Positions 25,885-37,130 of a DNA stretch of 64,000 bases are shown here, one piece after another. Origin of the DNA: Ranitomeya imitator (Eukaryota). Position numbers and translations under genes: made by a program. Positions within the stretch are counted from its first letter, which is position 1, and the number at the start of each line of letters is the position of its first letter. The stretch covers positions 16,988,001 through 17,052,000 of the forward strand of contig NC_091291.1 of the NCBI RefSeq assembly GCF_032444005.1, in the 5' to 3' direction. The notes below the pieces were generated by a model. The model was not told where the DNA came from. It saw only the letters and a list, made by a program, of their open reading frames with translations, and did not search any database.

Positions 25885-28800
25885 ATGAGCTTCATCCTCA
25901 GCCTGATCCTGTTGTGCGCAGGAGCCACTACTTTCGCCCTTGGTAAGACCTTCTTCATCCTTTGCTCGATCTTATTCTTTTTTCCATTATTAACCAAACT
26001 TGAGGTTGCATTTGTTATACCCTTGTGTTTTTGGATTGTATCTTTTCTCCTATCTACCCCTGTAATAGTTGGGATCATCTCATGATAATTTTAAAACCTC
26101 TCTTAAGTCCCTCCATACACATTAGAGTAAGGTCGGGTGAACCTGCCGATATTAGTGGTTTGGCTGGAAGTCTAATACCGTTGGGGTCCAACCGACGTTC
26201 CCCCGACAGGTTGGCAGAGATAATGATCCAACATGTCCAATTTTGGATTGTCGATCCCTTAGTTCTTGGTGGGATAAGTTGTCGCCGGAGGAGACTCAGA
26301 ACGTAGAAAATATAGGAACGCTCCGGTGTATGAAAGAGTTAGAAGAGATGGCTGTCGGCCAAATGAATGGTTGAACCATTGTTTGTCCAACAACTCTCTC
26401 TCCCGAGTTCCCCATACCCTGGAACATTCAACTCGATTGAGCACCTGTGTTCTCTACGAGGCTCTCCTGGCAGCGACTTATCTCTTGGAGAGGATTGATC
26501 CATTGGAAATCCGATGTGTCGAATCCTTCTCTCCCTCAATATAATCAAATAACCACCAGACCCATCACACTGTTGGCCAATCTTAATGGATATAGGGGCC
26601 TTTAGAGTACCATAAGACCTTTCCTGTCCTTTCCAGACACTGGCGTACTCCAAGGACTATAGTGTGACCGTCCCAACATACAGCTCCACATACCTGTTAT
26701 CTAGACTGGGTCATACTTGAGCCCACCAGAAGAAATTATTCAGTAGGGCCCAACTTCTATCCATACGGAACAGGAGTGCGTAATTTGTATGATATTTATG
26801 ATTTTTTTCAAAATATTTTTGATTTCTAGATTACCAATGTGTCCTGATACCAGGAAACCTAAAACAGATCGATGCCGGTGCCGGACAAGTGTGGGGAGTT
26901 AATGATGCCGGACAGATCTTCAACTATGTCAATGGCATTTGGCAGCAAGTTCCCGGGCAGCTCATTCATGTGTCTGTCGGACCAGCTGGAGTCTGGGGGG
27001 TCAATAGCGACAGTACCGTCTTCAGATATCAGGACAACAGGTGGCAGCCTGTGACAGGTAATAAAAAAAAACCAAAATGCCAAATTTTTTTATAAGGTTT
27101 TATTGTCAGATCTAAGAAATAAATGGTGGTTGGCAATAGATGGTTATGGTCAAAACGTAGGAAAAATGACTCAACAGGTTGCTGATCATATAGGGACACA
27201 TAGCATAGAGGTCCTCACTGATCAAAATTATTTTCTCCATCAAAAATTGTTCTTACTTTTGGTTTAGTGAACAAATCAGATGGAGGGCAATTGAATTTTT
27301 TGGAATATTTTGCCATTTTACTCAAATTAGAGGATCGAATGGGCTTAAAAAAAGAAATTGAAATTCAATTTGACAGTCACCTGTTCCTTTGCCACAGTCC
27401 TTAAACTGGTCCTCCATCAGGCTCCAGCTGTTGTCACCTTGAGGTGACACCTTAGCTCTGTGCAGGGCCTTCCAGTGCTGAGTAGTCCTCCTCTGATGTC
27501 TTGGTGTGTTCTTCACCTGACTAAACCACGAGTAATGAATGTTGTGATGTTGGAAGTCAACTCAACACCGGAAACACCGACACAGAGTGAAAGTCCAGTA
27601 GAGAACTTCAGGCACTGAAGGACGACCCCGGACGGTGCTGTGAAAAGGACAGGAGGGGTCATTGGTGGCGAGATCGGTTTATTATGCATTGGGGGTAAGG
27701 AACATCATATATTGATGTGAATCAAATTTCCTGACCAAATTCGAGCAAACTGCTGAAATCAAATTGTTTGCGTTCCCATTTTTTTCATGAAGTGGCTTTT
27801 TTCCCCAATCAGCTGCAGCGTGATTTCAACTGGCGTCCAAGAACAAGTCAACAGAACTTTTGGGGGGTTACAAAAATGCTGAGGATGATCAAAACTCTGT
27901 CTTTCCGTCTTGGGGGCTTTTTTGTATTATGCATTACCCAATATATTATAACTCTTCTAATACACCTCCCCATTTATCTACAGGTTCCTTGAGGCAGGTG
28001 GATGCCGGTGGCAATCAGTACCTTGGTGGAGTGAATGCCCAGAACAACATCTTTTGCCTGATGCAGAATTGCACCGTCTCAAGGTCTTCGATCGTGACAT
28101 TCTATCCTCTTGAAGGCTCTCTGAAATATTACAGCTGTGGACCATATGGCTGTTGGGGTGTCAACAGCAATGAAAATGTCTTTTACCGTGAATTTGTGAC
28201 CCCCGATTCATGCCAGGGTGTTAAATGGCAGCCTCTGGATGGTAGTCTGAGCATGCTTGAGGTTGGACCTGATGGCTCCGTCTTTGGTGTCAACTCAGCT
28301 GGAGTTATATACAAGAGGTAAGGAAAGGATCACATGCTAGATAATGGGTTAACATCCTACCACTCCACGTGGAAGCGGAGATCTGGGAAGCTGTTTGGTA
28401 GGAAAGTATCACACAAAGCTTTCCTGTACAATGTGTTGTGTCCACCACACCTTTTGCAGAGATCCCCTTCTCCCACTCCATAATCAGGTCTATGACCCCC
28501 GTTGTCCCATCATTTGCTCAGTGGTTAGCACTGCTGCTTTGTAGTGTTTGGTTCCTGAGTTCAGAACCCACCAAGGAGAATATCTACAAGGAGTTTGTAT
28601 GGTCTCCCAGAGTTTGGTGGGTATCCTCCGAGTTTGGTGGGTTTCCTCCTAGTTTGGTGAGTTTCCTCTGAGTTTGGTGGGTTTCCTCCGAGAGTTTGGC
28701 GAGTTTCCTCTGGGTTTTGTGGGTTTCCTCCGAGTTTTGTAGGTTTCCTCCGAGTTTGGCGAGTTTCCTCTGAGTTTTGGGGGGTTTCCTCCGAGTTAGG

Positions 28801-29339
28801 TGGGTTTCCTCCGAGTTTGGTGGGTTACCTCTGAGAGTTTGGCGAGTTTTCTCTGGGTTTTGCAGGTTTCCTCCCAGTTTGGTGGGTTTCCTACGATTTT
28901 GGTGAGTTTCCTCCAAGTTTGGTGGGTTTCCTCCGAGTTTGGTGGGTTACCTCCGAGTTTGGTGGGTTTCCTATGGGTTCTCCGATTCCTCCCAACACTC
29001 GAAAGACTGGTAGGGAATGTAGATTATGAGCCCCGATGTGGGCATTGATGATGATGCCTGTACAGCGCTGCGGAATATCATGGCGCTATATAAGCAAGTG
29101 AAATAATAAATGGAAGATTTTAGCAATAACATTTGAACCCTTTGTTCCATATCGCCACAAATCCTAACAATTTATTTGTTCTTTTTTCCAGGATCGGCGT
29201 CTTTGATAAGGCCCCCCATGGCACAGCTTGGTACCGCGTGGACGAGTGTGCCAAAGTAAAACATGTCACCTATGACGCCGGATTTCTTTGGGCCTTGTCT
29301 CAAAACGGAGATATTTATAAATGCACTGAAGAAAATTAG
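25885..29339 (+). CDS. Fish-egg lectin-like / tectonin-repeat beta-propeller lectin, paralog B (255 aa, secreted)
   Basis: Exons 25885-25942, 26830-27057, 27984-28317 and 29192-29339, all GT-AG, 768 nt, intact. Signal peptide MSFILSLILLCAGATTFAL. Same tectonin motifs and intron phases as A. AATAAA at 29404-29409. Confidence 0.93.
28516..29110 (+). mobile_element. V-SINE-like SINE in intron 3 of gene B with an internal 20-bp minisatellite expansion
   Basis: Starts GCTCAGTGGTTAGC, has a central (GGTGGGTTTCCTCCGAGTTT)n array at about 28595-28980, then the normal tail TAGATTATGAGCCCC...GGCGCTATATAAG. Confidence 0.8.
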
Positions 29340-29891
29340 TCCAATTTATTTTTTTTACGAACATGCAATGATTCTACGAGAGTCACAGAAGGAATTGGTG
29401 AACAATAAAGTTTTTGCTTTTTTGTTAGTAACTTTTTACACCTTTTGTTTGATCGTCAACTATATAATGATTTGCTGGAGATATTAAAACCTGCTGCTTT
29501 TTTCATCAAACAGCGCCACTCTCACCCGTGGGCCGTGTCTGGTATTGCAGCACAGCTCCATTCACGTCAAGCGGGATGAGCTGCAATGCTAGACACAACA
29601 TATCTGCTTCTAGAAAAAAAAAACACTTTTATAAATAAATCCCTTTTAGGTAAGCAATCAGAGACGACCAAATTTTTTTTTTAACACTTTGCTCAGAGAA
29701 AATTTCTGATCACCACCTTTGAGAAACATTTTACATTTTTTTTTTTTTACTTAAATGTAAGTATTTGGGGTTAAAAATAATTTTTCGATTTTATAAAAAT
29801 AAAAAAGTCACCTGTTTACTTTAAAAGACTCTTTTTTTGCTACGCATTTAACTTTGACGTGTTCTGCGGTCATAAATCAGCTGAGAGCGTC

Positions 29892-29896
<5 letters not shown>

Positions 29897-29944
<48 letters not shown>
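29897..29944. repeat. (TA)n microsatellite
   Basis: Pure TA run of about 24 units. Confidence 0.95.
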
Positions 29945-29948
<4 letters not shown>

Positions 29949-30465
29949 CTGGCATTGGACCGTCAGTCCTGAGCTCACTGACTTATAATACTTTTATTTT
30001 AGGTTGTTTTTTGACTGTAGAGTTTTTGTGTTTTATTTTTTTTTCATTCTCTTTGTATTGTTCATTTTTCTTACCGACTGGATCCGCCTGTAAAGTACAC
30101 ACGATCTGCACTAGAAGGCGAAGGGGTTTGGTTGTCCGTGCAAACTAATCGTATATTGACATAAGTAGAATAATTGCTGGGATAAAAGAAAAGAATATCT
30201 GAGGTGGGGATTTGCAAAGCCCTAATCTGATCATTCTTGAGATAAAAACAAAACAAACAAGCTCTATACATATACAGTATTTTTCATTTATGCTACAAAA
30301 ACTGCTGAAATCTGTCTTTCTCAAAACAAGAAATTCTTCCAGCTCAGTGAGAGATCAGATTACAGCTACCCAGGGGTGTAACGTCCGCGGTGGCAGAGGT
30401 TGAGGACCACTGAGACGCCATTCCAAACTTCAACTGGATGTGCGTCCTCAGACATAAACATAAAA

Positions 30466-30975
30466 TGGCGTTTCTGCTCTCTAGTAAGTGTTTTATCTCA
30501 CTCCAAAGCTAGATTAACAGCTACACTGCTCAGTACTGCAGTATAATGTCCTCAATGCTGCTTTTGCCCATGAGGTACATAGAGACAGGAGAGCAGGAAT
30601 CTGTCATGTCGGTTTATGCTACGTATGGGAAACATCCTGGCGTTTCTGCTTTCTAGTGTTTTATCTCACTCCAAAGCTAGATTAACAGCTACACTGCTCA
30701 GTACTGCAGTATAATGTCCTCAATGCTGCTTTTGCCCATGAGGTACATAGAGACAGGAGAGCAGGAATCTGTCATGTCGGTTTATGCTACGTATGGGAAA
30801 CATCCTGGCGTTTCTGCTTTCTAGTGTTTTATCTCACTCCAAAGCTAGATTAACAGCTACACTGCTCAGTACTGCAGTATAATGTCCTCAATGCTGCTTT
30901 GGCACATGAGGTACATAGAGACAGGAGAGCAGGAATCCGTCATGTCGGTTTATGCTACGTATGGGAGACATCCTA
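30466..30975 (+). repeat. Three tandem copies of a 168-bp unit
   Basis: CTGGCGTTTCTGCTTTCTAGTGTTTTATCTCACTCC... at about 30467, 30637 and 30805, near-identical. Confidence 0.92.
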
Positions 30976-32869
30976 GCAGGTAGTCTCTAACCAGTAGTTC
31001 AGAGACAGCTGAAAATTAGATATAAAGCCAGCAGGATGAGTCACATTATGTAATTCCTCATGGACTCAGTTTGTCTAAATCACATAAAATGCTGCCATTT
31101 TACAAATTGCAGAAGGTTGCGCCAGACACAGAAGGGTCACGTGACCACAGGCGTAGCATCACAGGCTTCTCCATGTTGCCTTGCATGTATGGCATCTCAT
31201 TGTATAGCACAGCCAATCAGGAGGGACTATCATAGCCCGTATGAAAGCAGAGGCAGGGAATGCAGCAGCCATCTGATGGTGAATCTGGACAGTGAGAGGA
31301 CGTCACAGCTCACAGCTTAGCCATGGAGATAAGGAAAGAAAGCCATGAAACGCTAAAGAAACCGTAGAGATAGTGTGTGACAGCAAAACAGTGAAAATCA
31401 GCTTTTACCTACAACCAGATATGTTGAAATCAATTAGATATTACTAAGGTTGTGCTTGCATTAAGGAATTTGGTTGGGATACAGGCCTAGGAGTCCTCAG
31501 GGTGTTACACACATCTTTTAAGGGCAATAGAGATTTTGCAGCACTTTTGATTTTTGGAAAAAAAATTGAATTTTAATTTAAAAAGATTCACACGTCTCTA
31601 ATTACAATGCACTATCATTTTTTTGCATCGATTGCGGAGTGCTGCTTTTTGTTTTCTTTAGGTCTTGTTTACACGTTGTGTTTTTGATGTCTTTTTCCAT
31701 GCGCAAAATGAGCAAAATGAATGAGATTGTTGAGCTTTTTTTTTTAAAGTTAATTCTTTCAGTGCTTTTACCGCAGTTTTTTCCCCAATTGAGATAAAAA
31801 TGAATTAGCAACATATAAAAAAAATGCAATAAAAAAGGCAAGTTTTTTTGGCAATAGTCTGTTATCAACGCAAAAAAAAAAAAATATGCTTACTCTCAAA
31901 AATAACAGAAAAAAAAAAAAGAAAGAAACATAATTTGCAATGGTAGTTTCAAAAATGGGCCACGAGGTGGCAAAAGTAAAGGAAGACTACGGTATTAATA
32001 CTGGAACTCGAGAGTCAATAACAGAGACAATAGCAAAGATTATACGGAATGAATAGAGGTATGTCCCAGGTAAGATGATCAAGCGTAAAAAAATAAAATT
32101 AAACGTGAGAAGTTGACTGCCGCGACCAAAGCGGAAGCCCAAACTTTACAGCTGGGAGGCCACAGAGAGCAAACACCATAAACACTGAGACTACTCGTCT
32201 TATGGCAGAAGTATTATGGGCGGATCAAGAAACACCTTGTAAGTGACTGCAATAATAGTAAAAATATGGCAGGAAAAACTTAAAATTTACACCCGAACTA
32301 GAAATATGTTCAGCCTTTCATGATGGGGCAATTTTCCGTTTTTTTTCCTTTTTGAATTCCCTTCTTGCACAAAGAATTTTTTTTTTCCGATTTGGCGTGT
32401 GAGGACTTGTGTGTTGTAGCAATGAACAACGTAATTCATTTAACATGGAAAAACTAAGCAAAAAATCCAAGTGCGATAAATTAGCAAAAAAACTCTCAAT
32501 TCTACCAATTTTTGGGAAGATTCGTTATAACTTTGCAGTCAAAACTAAACTGGCAATAGGATAGTTCAGGTCAATACGATTCCAGGGATGCGAAAACTTG
32601 TAGGTTGGGTTGGCGGATTGCGCCAAATAAATAAATAATAAAGCGCAATCGCAACCCGGGGTCCACCGTGCAGTGATGGAATACTGCTGCTAGTAAAGAA
32701 TGAGGGAACACACGGCGAGCGATCACCCATACACACTTGGTTAACACCACTCACTGTGGACAGGACACTGAGTTCTAAACTCTGTTATTCCACAGGAAGG
32801 AACAGTGCAAACGAGTACTGAGTGCTTTGTCCTGTTAAACGGCACAGGACAAGTACGTGAACTGAAGTT

Positions 32870-33280
32870 GCATACAGAAACTAAACAGATGCTCTGCAAC
32901 TGAGATGTGTCACTCGCACACAGAAATGAAACAGATGCTCTGCAACTGAGCTGTGTCACTCGCACACAGAAACAAAAGAGATGCTCTGCAACTGAGCTGT
33001 GTCACTCGCACACAGAAACTAAACAGATGCTCTGCAACTGAGCTGTGTCACTCGCACACAGAAACTAAGCAGATGCTCTGCAACCGAGCCGTGTCACTCG
33101 CACACAGAAATGAAACAGATGCTCTGCAACTGAGCTGTGTCACTCGCATACAGAAATGGAACAGATGCTCTGCAATTGAGCTGTGTCACTCACACAAAGA
33201 AACGAAAGAGATGCTCTGCAACTGAGATGTGTCACTCGCACACAGAAACGGAACAGATGCTCTGCAACTGAGCTGTGTCA
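32870..33280 (+). repeat. 46-bp minisatellite, cut off by an LTR insertion
   Basis: CAGAAACTAAACAGATGCTCTGCAACTGAGCTGTGTCACTCGCACA with a 46-bp period. The last unit breaks at TGTCA|TGGAGCGCCC. Confidence 0.92.
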
Positions 33281-34444
33281 TGGAGCGCCCCCACGTAAGG
33301 GCAATGGGGTACTCAGTACCGGGTCCTTCGGTTCTTTAGCGAGGATGTCATGGTGGCCCGACCCAGCCCGTGGCCCTATGAGGGGTATCTAATAAAAGGC
33401 AGAGTTCGTATGGAATGGTAGTATTCGTGACGCCACCTGTGGTATTCGGTCAGAGTGACCGACGCTGCTCAGGGGTCCGCTGGGGTGATGTGATGGCAGC
33501 TAGATGGTATTCCTTCCCACAGGTGAAGTGTTCCCCCAGGGCTTCCCAGAAGTGTAGATGGTGATGGTGGATGATGTAAGGCGCAGTGAATAACGAGGAC
33601 ACAATGGGTGCAGTCTCTTTACCTTTACTGAAGGCTTCAGCATCTACAGTCCCGGATGCCGGATGACAGGGTAGGCAGGGTCCGGCCAGTCTGATGGCAA
33701 TTCCAGAGTCCCCTTATCCAGGTGGAAATCAGTAGCCTTCCTATAGGGCTCATGCGTTGTAGTACCTCCCTGCTGAGCAACTCAGTAAGGTCCTCACAAC
33801 TTTTGTAGATGTTATGTCTTCCTCTCTGTCCCCCAGATGGTATGGATAGGACAAACCCGTATGACGGGGTGGCCTGAGGCTTTTTACAGGAACTCTAGAA
33901 ACGCCCCGGCCTCCACAATTTGCCACCTGTGTCTTCTTAGGTATTAAGGTCGGGCAGTCAACTTGGAATTGACTGTCCTGCCAGTCTCTGAAGTAAAGCA
34001 TAGAGTCTATTACTCCCTCGGTGTTCTGGCCACCGGTCCGCGCTCCAGAAGGAGGCAGCCTCTCCCAGGACAAGAATCCTTCTGGTTTTGTTCTCCTTGT
34101 GCTATGACTTAGTTTCTCACTCCTTACAATACAATTCCTTTCTTGGGATGCTGCCGCACGTGGGGCAGGCGCAGCTCCGTGTCTTTCTGTCTTGCTAGAC
34201 CTCTGTCAGGATCCCACCCCTGACAGGGACCCTATGTCTTCAGCTTCGATGTTCCTCCTTTTCCCTCTGTCTGCCTGACAGGTGTTGTCTGGGCAAAGCC
34301 CAGTCATCTTCTCTCTGACTTTCTATCCAACCCACCAGTTTTACCCTAATGTGAGGAGCGCCATAGTAGATAGGAGCAAGGCTCCCCCTGGTGGACTGGA
34401 GTGTGAAGTGTGTTGTGTGTTTTGTGATACCTGGTAAGGTGAAC
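33281..34444 (-). mobile_element. Truncated solo LTR, same family as the LTR at 10748-11870
   Basis: Collinear with the reverse complement of 10850-11870: GGGGTACTC.GTAC.GGGTCC, TTCGTGACGCCACCTGTGGT, TTCCCACAGGTGAAG. Confidence 0.75.
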
Positions 34445-35140
34445 GGACATCCTTCCTGTGATCTCTACCTGGAGCTGGTAATTACAGATGTTCGATGCCC
34501 TCATGGTCCTTGCCTTTGCAGGTTAATGTAGCAGTACTGTATACTTACCTATTATGTCTCCTCTCTTCCCTCTAGCCTTTATGGACTCTCCCTCTATACT
34601 TCTTTTTCCCTATTTACTCCTGCACAAGGTCAGTATATCATTATGGCGGCTTGATCCGTTTTTATCTGTATCCACGTGAACCTAGAACTAAATATTTGCT
34701 CCATTATAAGTGCGTGCTTTATCCTGGTCCTTCTTCTAGCCTGGTCCCATAGGACCTCATTTTGGTCCGTGACGTACTATGAAAAGAGTTGTTTTGGACT
34801 TAGATTAGTCCTTATGTAATATATGGTAAGCTGTATATATTCTCTATTTACCTTGTGACTGGAAGTTATAGATGTTCTTCCTTTTATGTATGTATGTATA
34901 TATGTACGCTACTTGTTCACCTGTATCTCAACACGTGTAGATTTGTACAGCACACTTATACAGTTTATTTGTTTTGCAGTGAGGTTTTGAGAAAGACCGT
35001 GCCTGGTCGAAAACGTTAACCCTGTTGTCCGCAATCACCCTTCTTTATCTTTGAAATTATTTGGTGGTGTCTGTACATGTGAATAAAAGCAACAAAAAAA
35101 TTTTTCTACGTAAACATAAAGACTTGAGTGCGGCTGTTTT
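34445..35140 (+). mobile_element. PLE-type terminal repeat / retrozyme-like fragment
   Basis: T-rich segment containing a hammerhead (34983-35021), AATAAA and a GAGTGCGGCTGTTTTT end typical of PLE termini. Boundaries are inferred from the interrupted LTR on the left and the interrupted MITE on the right. Confidence 0.55.
34983..35021 (+). ncRNA. Minimal hammerhead ribozyme, U3/A8 core variant
   Basis: ggtt-TTGAGAA-a-gacc(gtgcct)ggtc-GAAA-a-cg-TT-aacc. Stems I and II are perfect 4-bp helices, with one extra A after GAAA. Confidence 0.7.
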
Positions 35141-35396
35141 TCTCCGAGTATTTATGACTGCTCGGAGATTTAGTTTTCATCACGGCAGCTGAATGATTTA
35201 CAGCAACTAGGCTGCTTGATTACATGTGGGGATTCCCTAGCAACCAGGCAACCCCCACATGTACTCAGCCTGGCTAGTAGCTGTAAATCATTCAGCTGCC
35301 GTGATGAAACCTTATTTCCGAGCACTGACAAGTACTCGGAGGTCACCCGAGCGTGCTCTGGAAAACCCAAGCAACGAGTACACTCGCTCATCACTA
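35141..35396. mobile_element. Palindromic MITE lacking its left terminus
   Basis: TTTCATCACGGCAGCTGAATGATTTACAGC...GCTGTAAATCATTCAGCTGCCGTGATGAAA inverted repeat. Right end is CTCGCTCATCACTA. Confidence 0.7.
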
Positions 35397-35893
35397 GTTA
35401 CTATAGGTTTGTCTGCAGAGCCAGAAGTAAGCAAGAGTACACCACGAGCCTGAGCTAGACACTGGGACCGACATATACTGTATGCTGAGCAGCAGCCAAA
35501 CCTGAGCGCAGAGGCAGATAAGGCTTGGGATGCTACCATGTGCAGTGGGAGAATCCTGACGCCTAACACTTGTATACTTTTTATTTTCAATTCTGAACTT
35601 TGTAAATATAAAGATTTGCTTTGTGTCACCATATTTTGAGACCCCCTACGTTTTTTTTTTCCTCTGATGTGAAATCAATGACGTGACGTCAGGAAAAACT
35701 TTGCAATGTCTCTTATCAGGCATATCTGTTTCTTTGTCCTCCTGAACTGATCTTTCATTCTCAAAATGCTCAATTTTCCCAGGACAAAGATAACACATGA
35801 CAGTTGGTGCTCATAAAGTTCCATGGAGAACTGTAAGTGTTATTTCAGGGGCACTTGCAGCAGAATGTCTGTGTCTGCCTCTAGCTCCTCATC

Positions 35894-36680
35894 TGTTGTG
35901 AATTCTGTTGTCGAGCTCCCTCCTGTGGTCATGAATGGTACTTCGGTGAGTTCGGTCCGTGGGCTCCCTCTGGTGGCTGTGAGTGGAGCTGCTGCTTCTG
36001 AGGTTCCTTACACAGGTGACGTGGTTTATTCTTTGGTTGGCTTCTCTATTTAACTCCACTCAGATCGTTTCTCCATGCCAGCTGTCAATGTTTTAGCATT
36101 GGTTCAGTTCGTTCCTGGATCTGTCTGGTGTCCTGTCTTCTCCTGCAGAAGCTAAGCTCCTGATTGTTATTATTGTTCTTGTTTCTTTGTCCAGCTGGTT
36201 ATCTTGATTTTGTCTTGCTAGCTGGAAGCTCTGGGATGCAGAGTGGCACCCCCCGCACCGTGAGTCGGTGCGGAGGACCCTTTTGCACACTCTGCGTGGT
36301 CTTTTGTAGGTTTTTGTGCTGACCGCAAAGATTTATTTCCTATCCTCTGTCTATTTAGTAAGTCGTGCCTCCCTTTGCTGAAACCTATCTCATTTCTGCG
36401 TTTGTGACTTTCATCTTTACTCACAGTCATTACATGTGGGGGGCTGCCTATTCCTTTGGGGAATTTCTCTGAGGCAAGGTAGGCTTTATTTTCTTCTCTA
36501 GGGCTAGCTAGCTCTTAGGCTGTGACGAGGCGCCTAGGGAGCGTCAGGAGCGCTCCACGGCTATTTCTAGTGTGTGCGATAGGATTAGGGCTTGCGGTCA
36601 GCAGAGCTCCCACATTCCAGAACTCGTCCTGCATGAGTTTAACTATCAGGTCGGGTGCTCCTAACCACCAGGTCACAACA
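35894..36680 (+). mobile_element. Solo LTR of the gypsy family at 55253-60962
   Basis: TGTTGTGAATTC...CAGGTCACAACA, collinear with the LTRs of the full element. 6-bp TSD CTCATC (35888-35893 / 36681-36686). Confidence 0.93.
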
Positions 36681-36699
36681 CTCATCCCCCTCTATAGAG

Positions 36700-37130
36700 A
36701 TAACTATAACTGTTGATTTATGAGAACTTGCAGCAGAATGTCTGTCTGCCCCTTCCATAGAGATAACTGTAACTGTCTATTAGGGAGAACTTGCAGCAGA
36801 ATGTCTCTGTGTGCCTTTAGCTCTTCCCCCTCCCCCTCCATAAAGAAAACTGTAACTGTCAATTTAGGAGAACTTGCAGCAGAATGTCTCTGCGTGCCTT
36901 TAGCTCTTCCCCTTTGCCCCTCCATAGAGAAAACCGTAACTGTCAATTCAGCTGAACTTGCAGCAGAATGTCTGTGTCTGCCTCTGGCTCTTTTTTCTCA
37001 CCTTCTATAAAGATAACTGTAAGTGTCGACTCCGGAGAACTTGCAGCAGAATGTCTGTGTCTTCCTCTAGCTCCTCCCTCCTCTAGCTCTTCCCTCCTCT
37101 AGCTCCTCCCTCCCCTAGTTCCTCCCTTCT
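36700..37130 (+). repeat. Irregular 64-85-bp tandem repeat (host of the solo LTR)
   Basis: GAGAACTTGCAGCAGAATGTCTGTGT recurs 5 times here and once just left of the LTR (about 35855). Confidence 0.75.

Noticed and set aside
27322-27660. GC-richer segment in intron 2 of gene B as an alternative exon
   Set aside because: No tectonin similarity and no in-phase splice pair. Likely a TE fragment.
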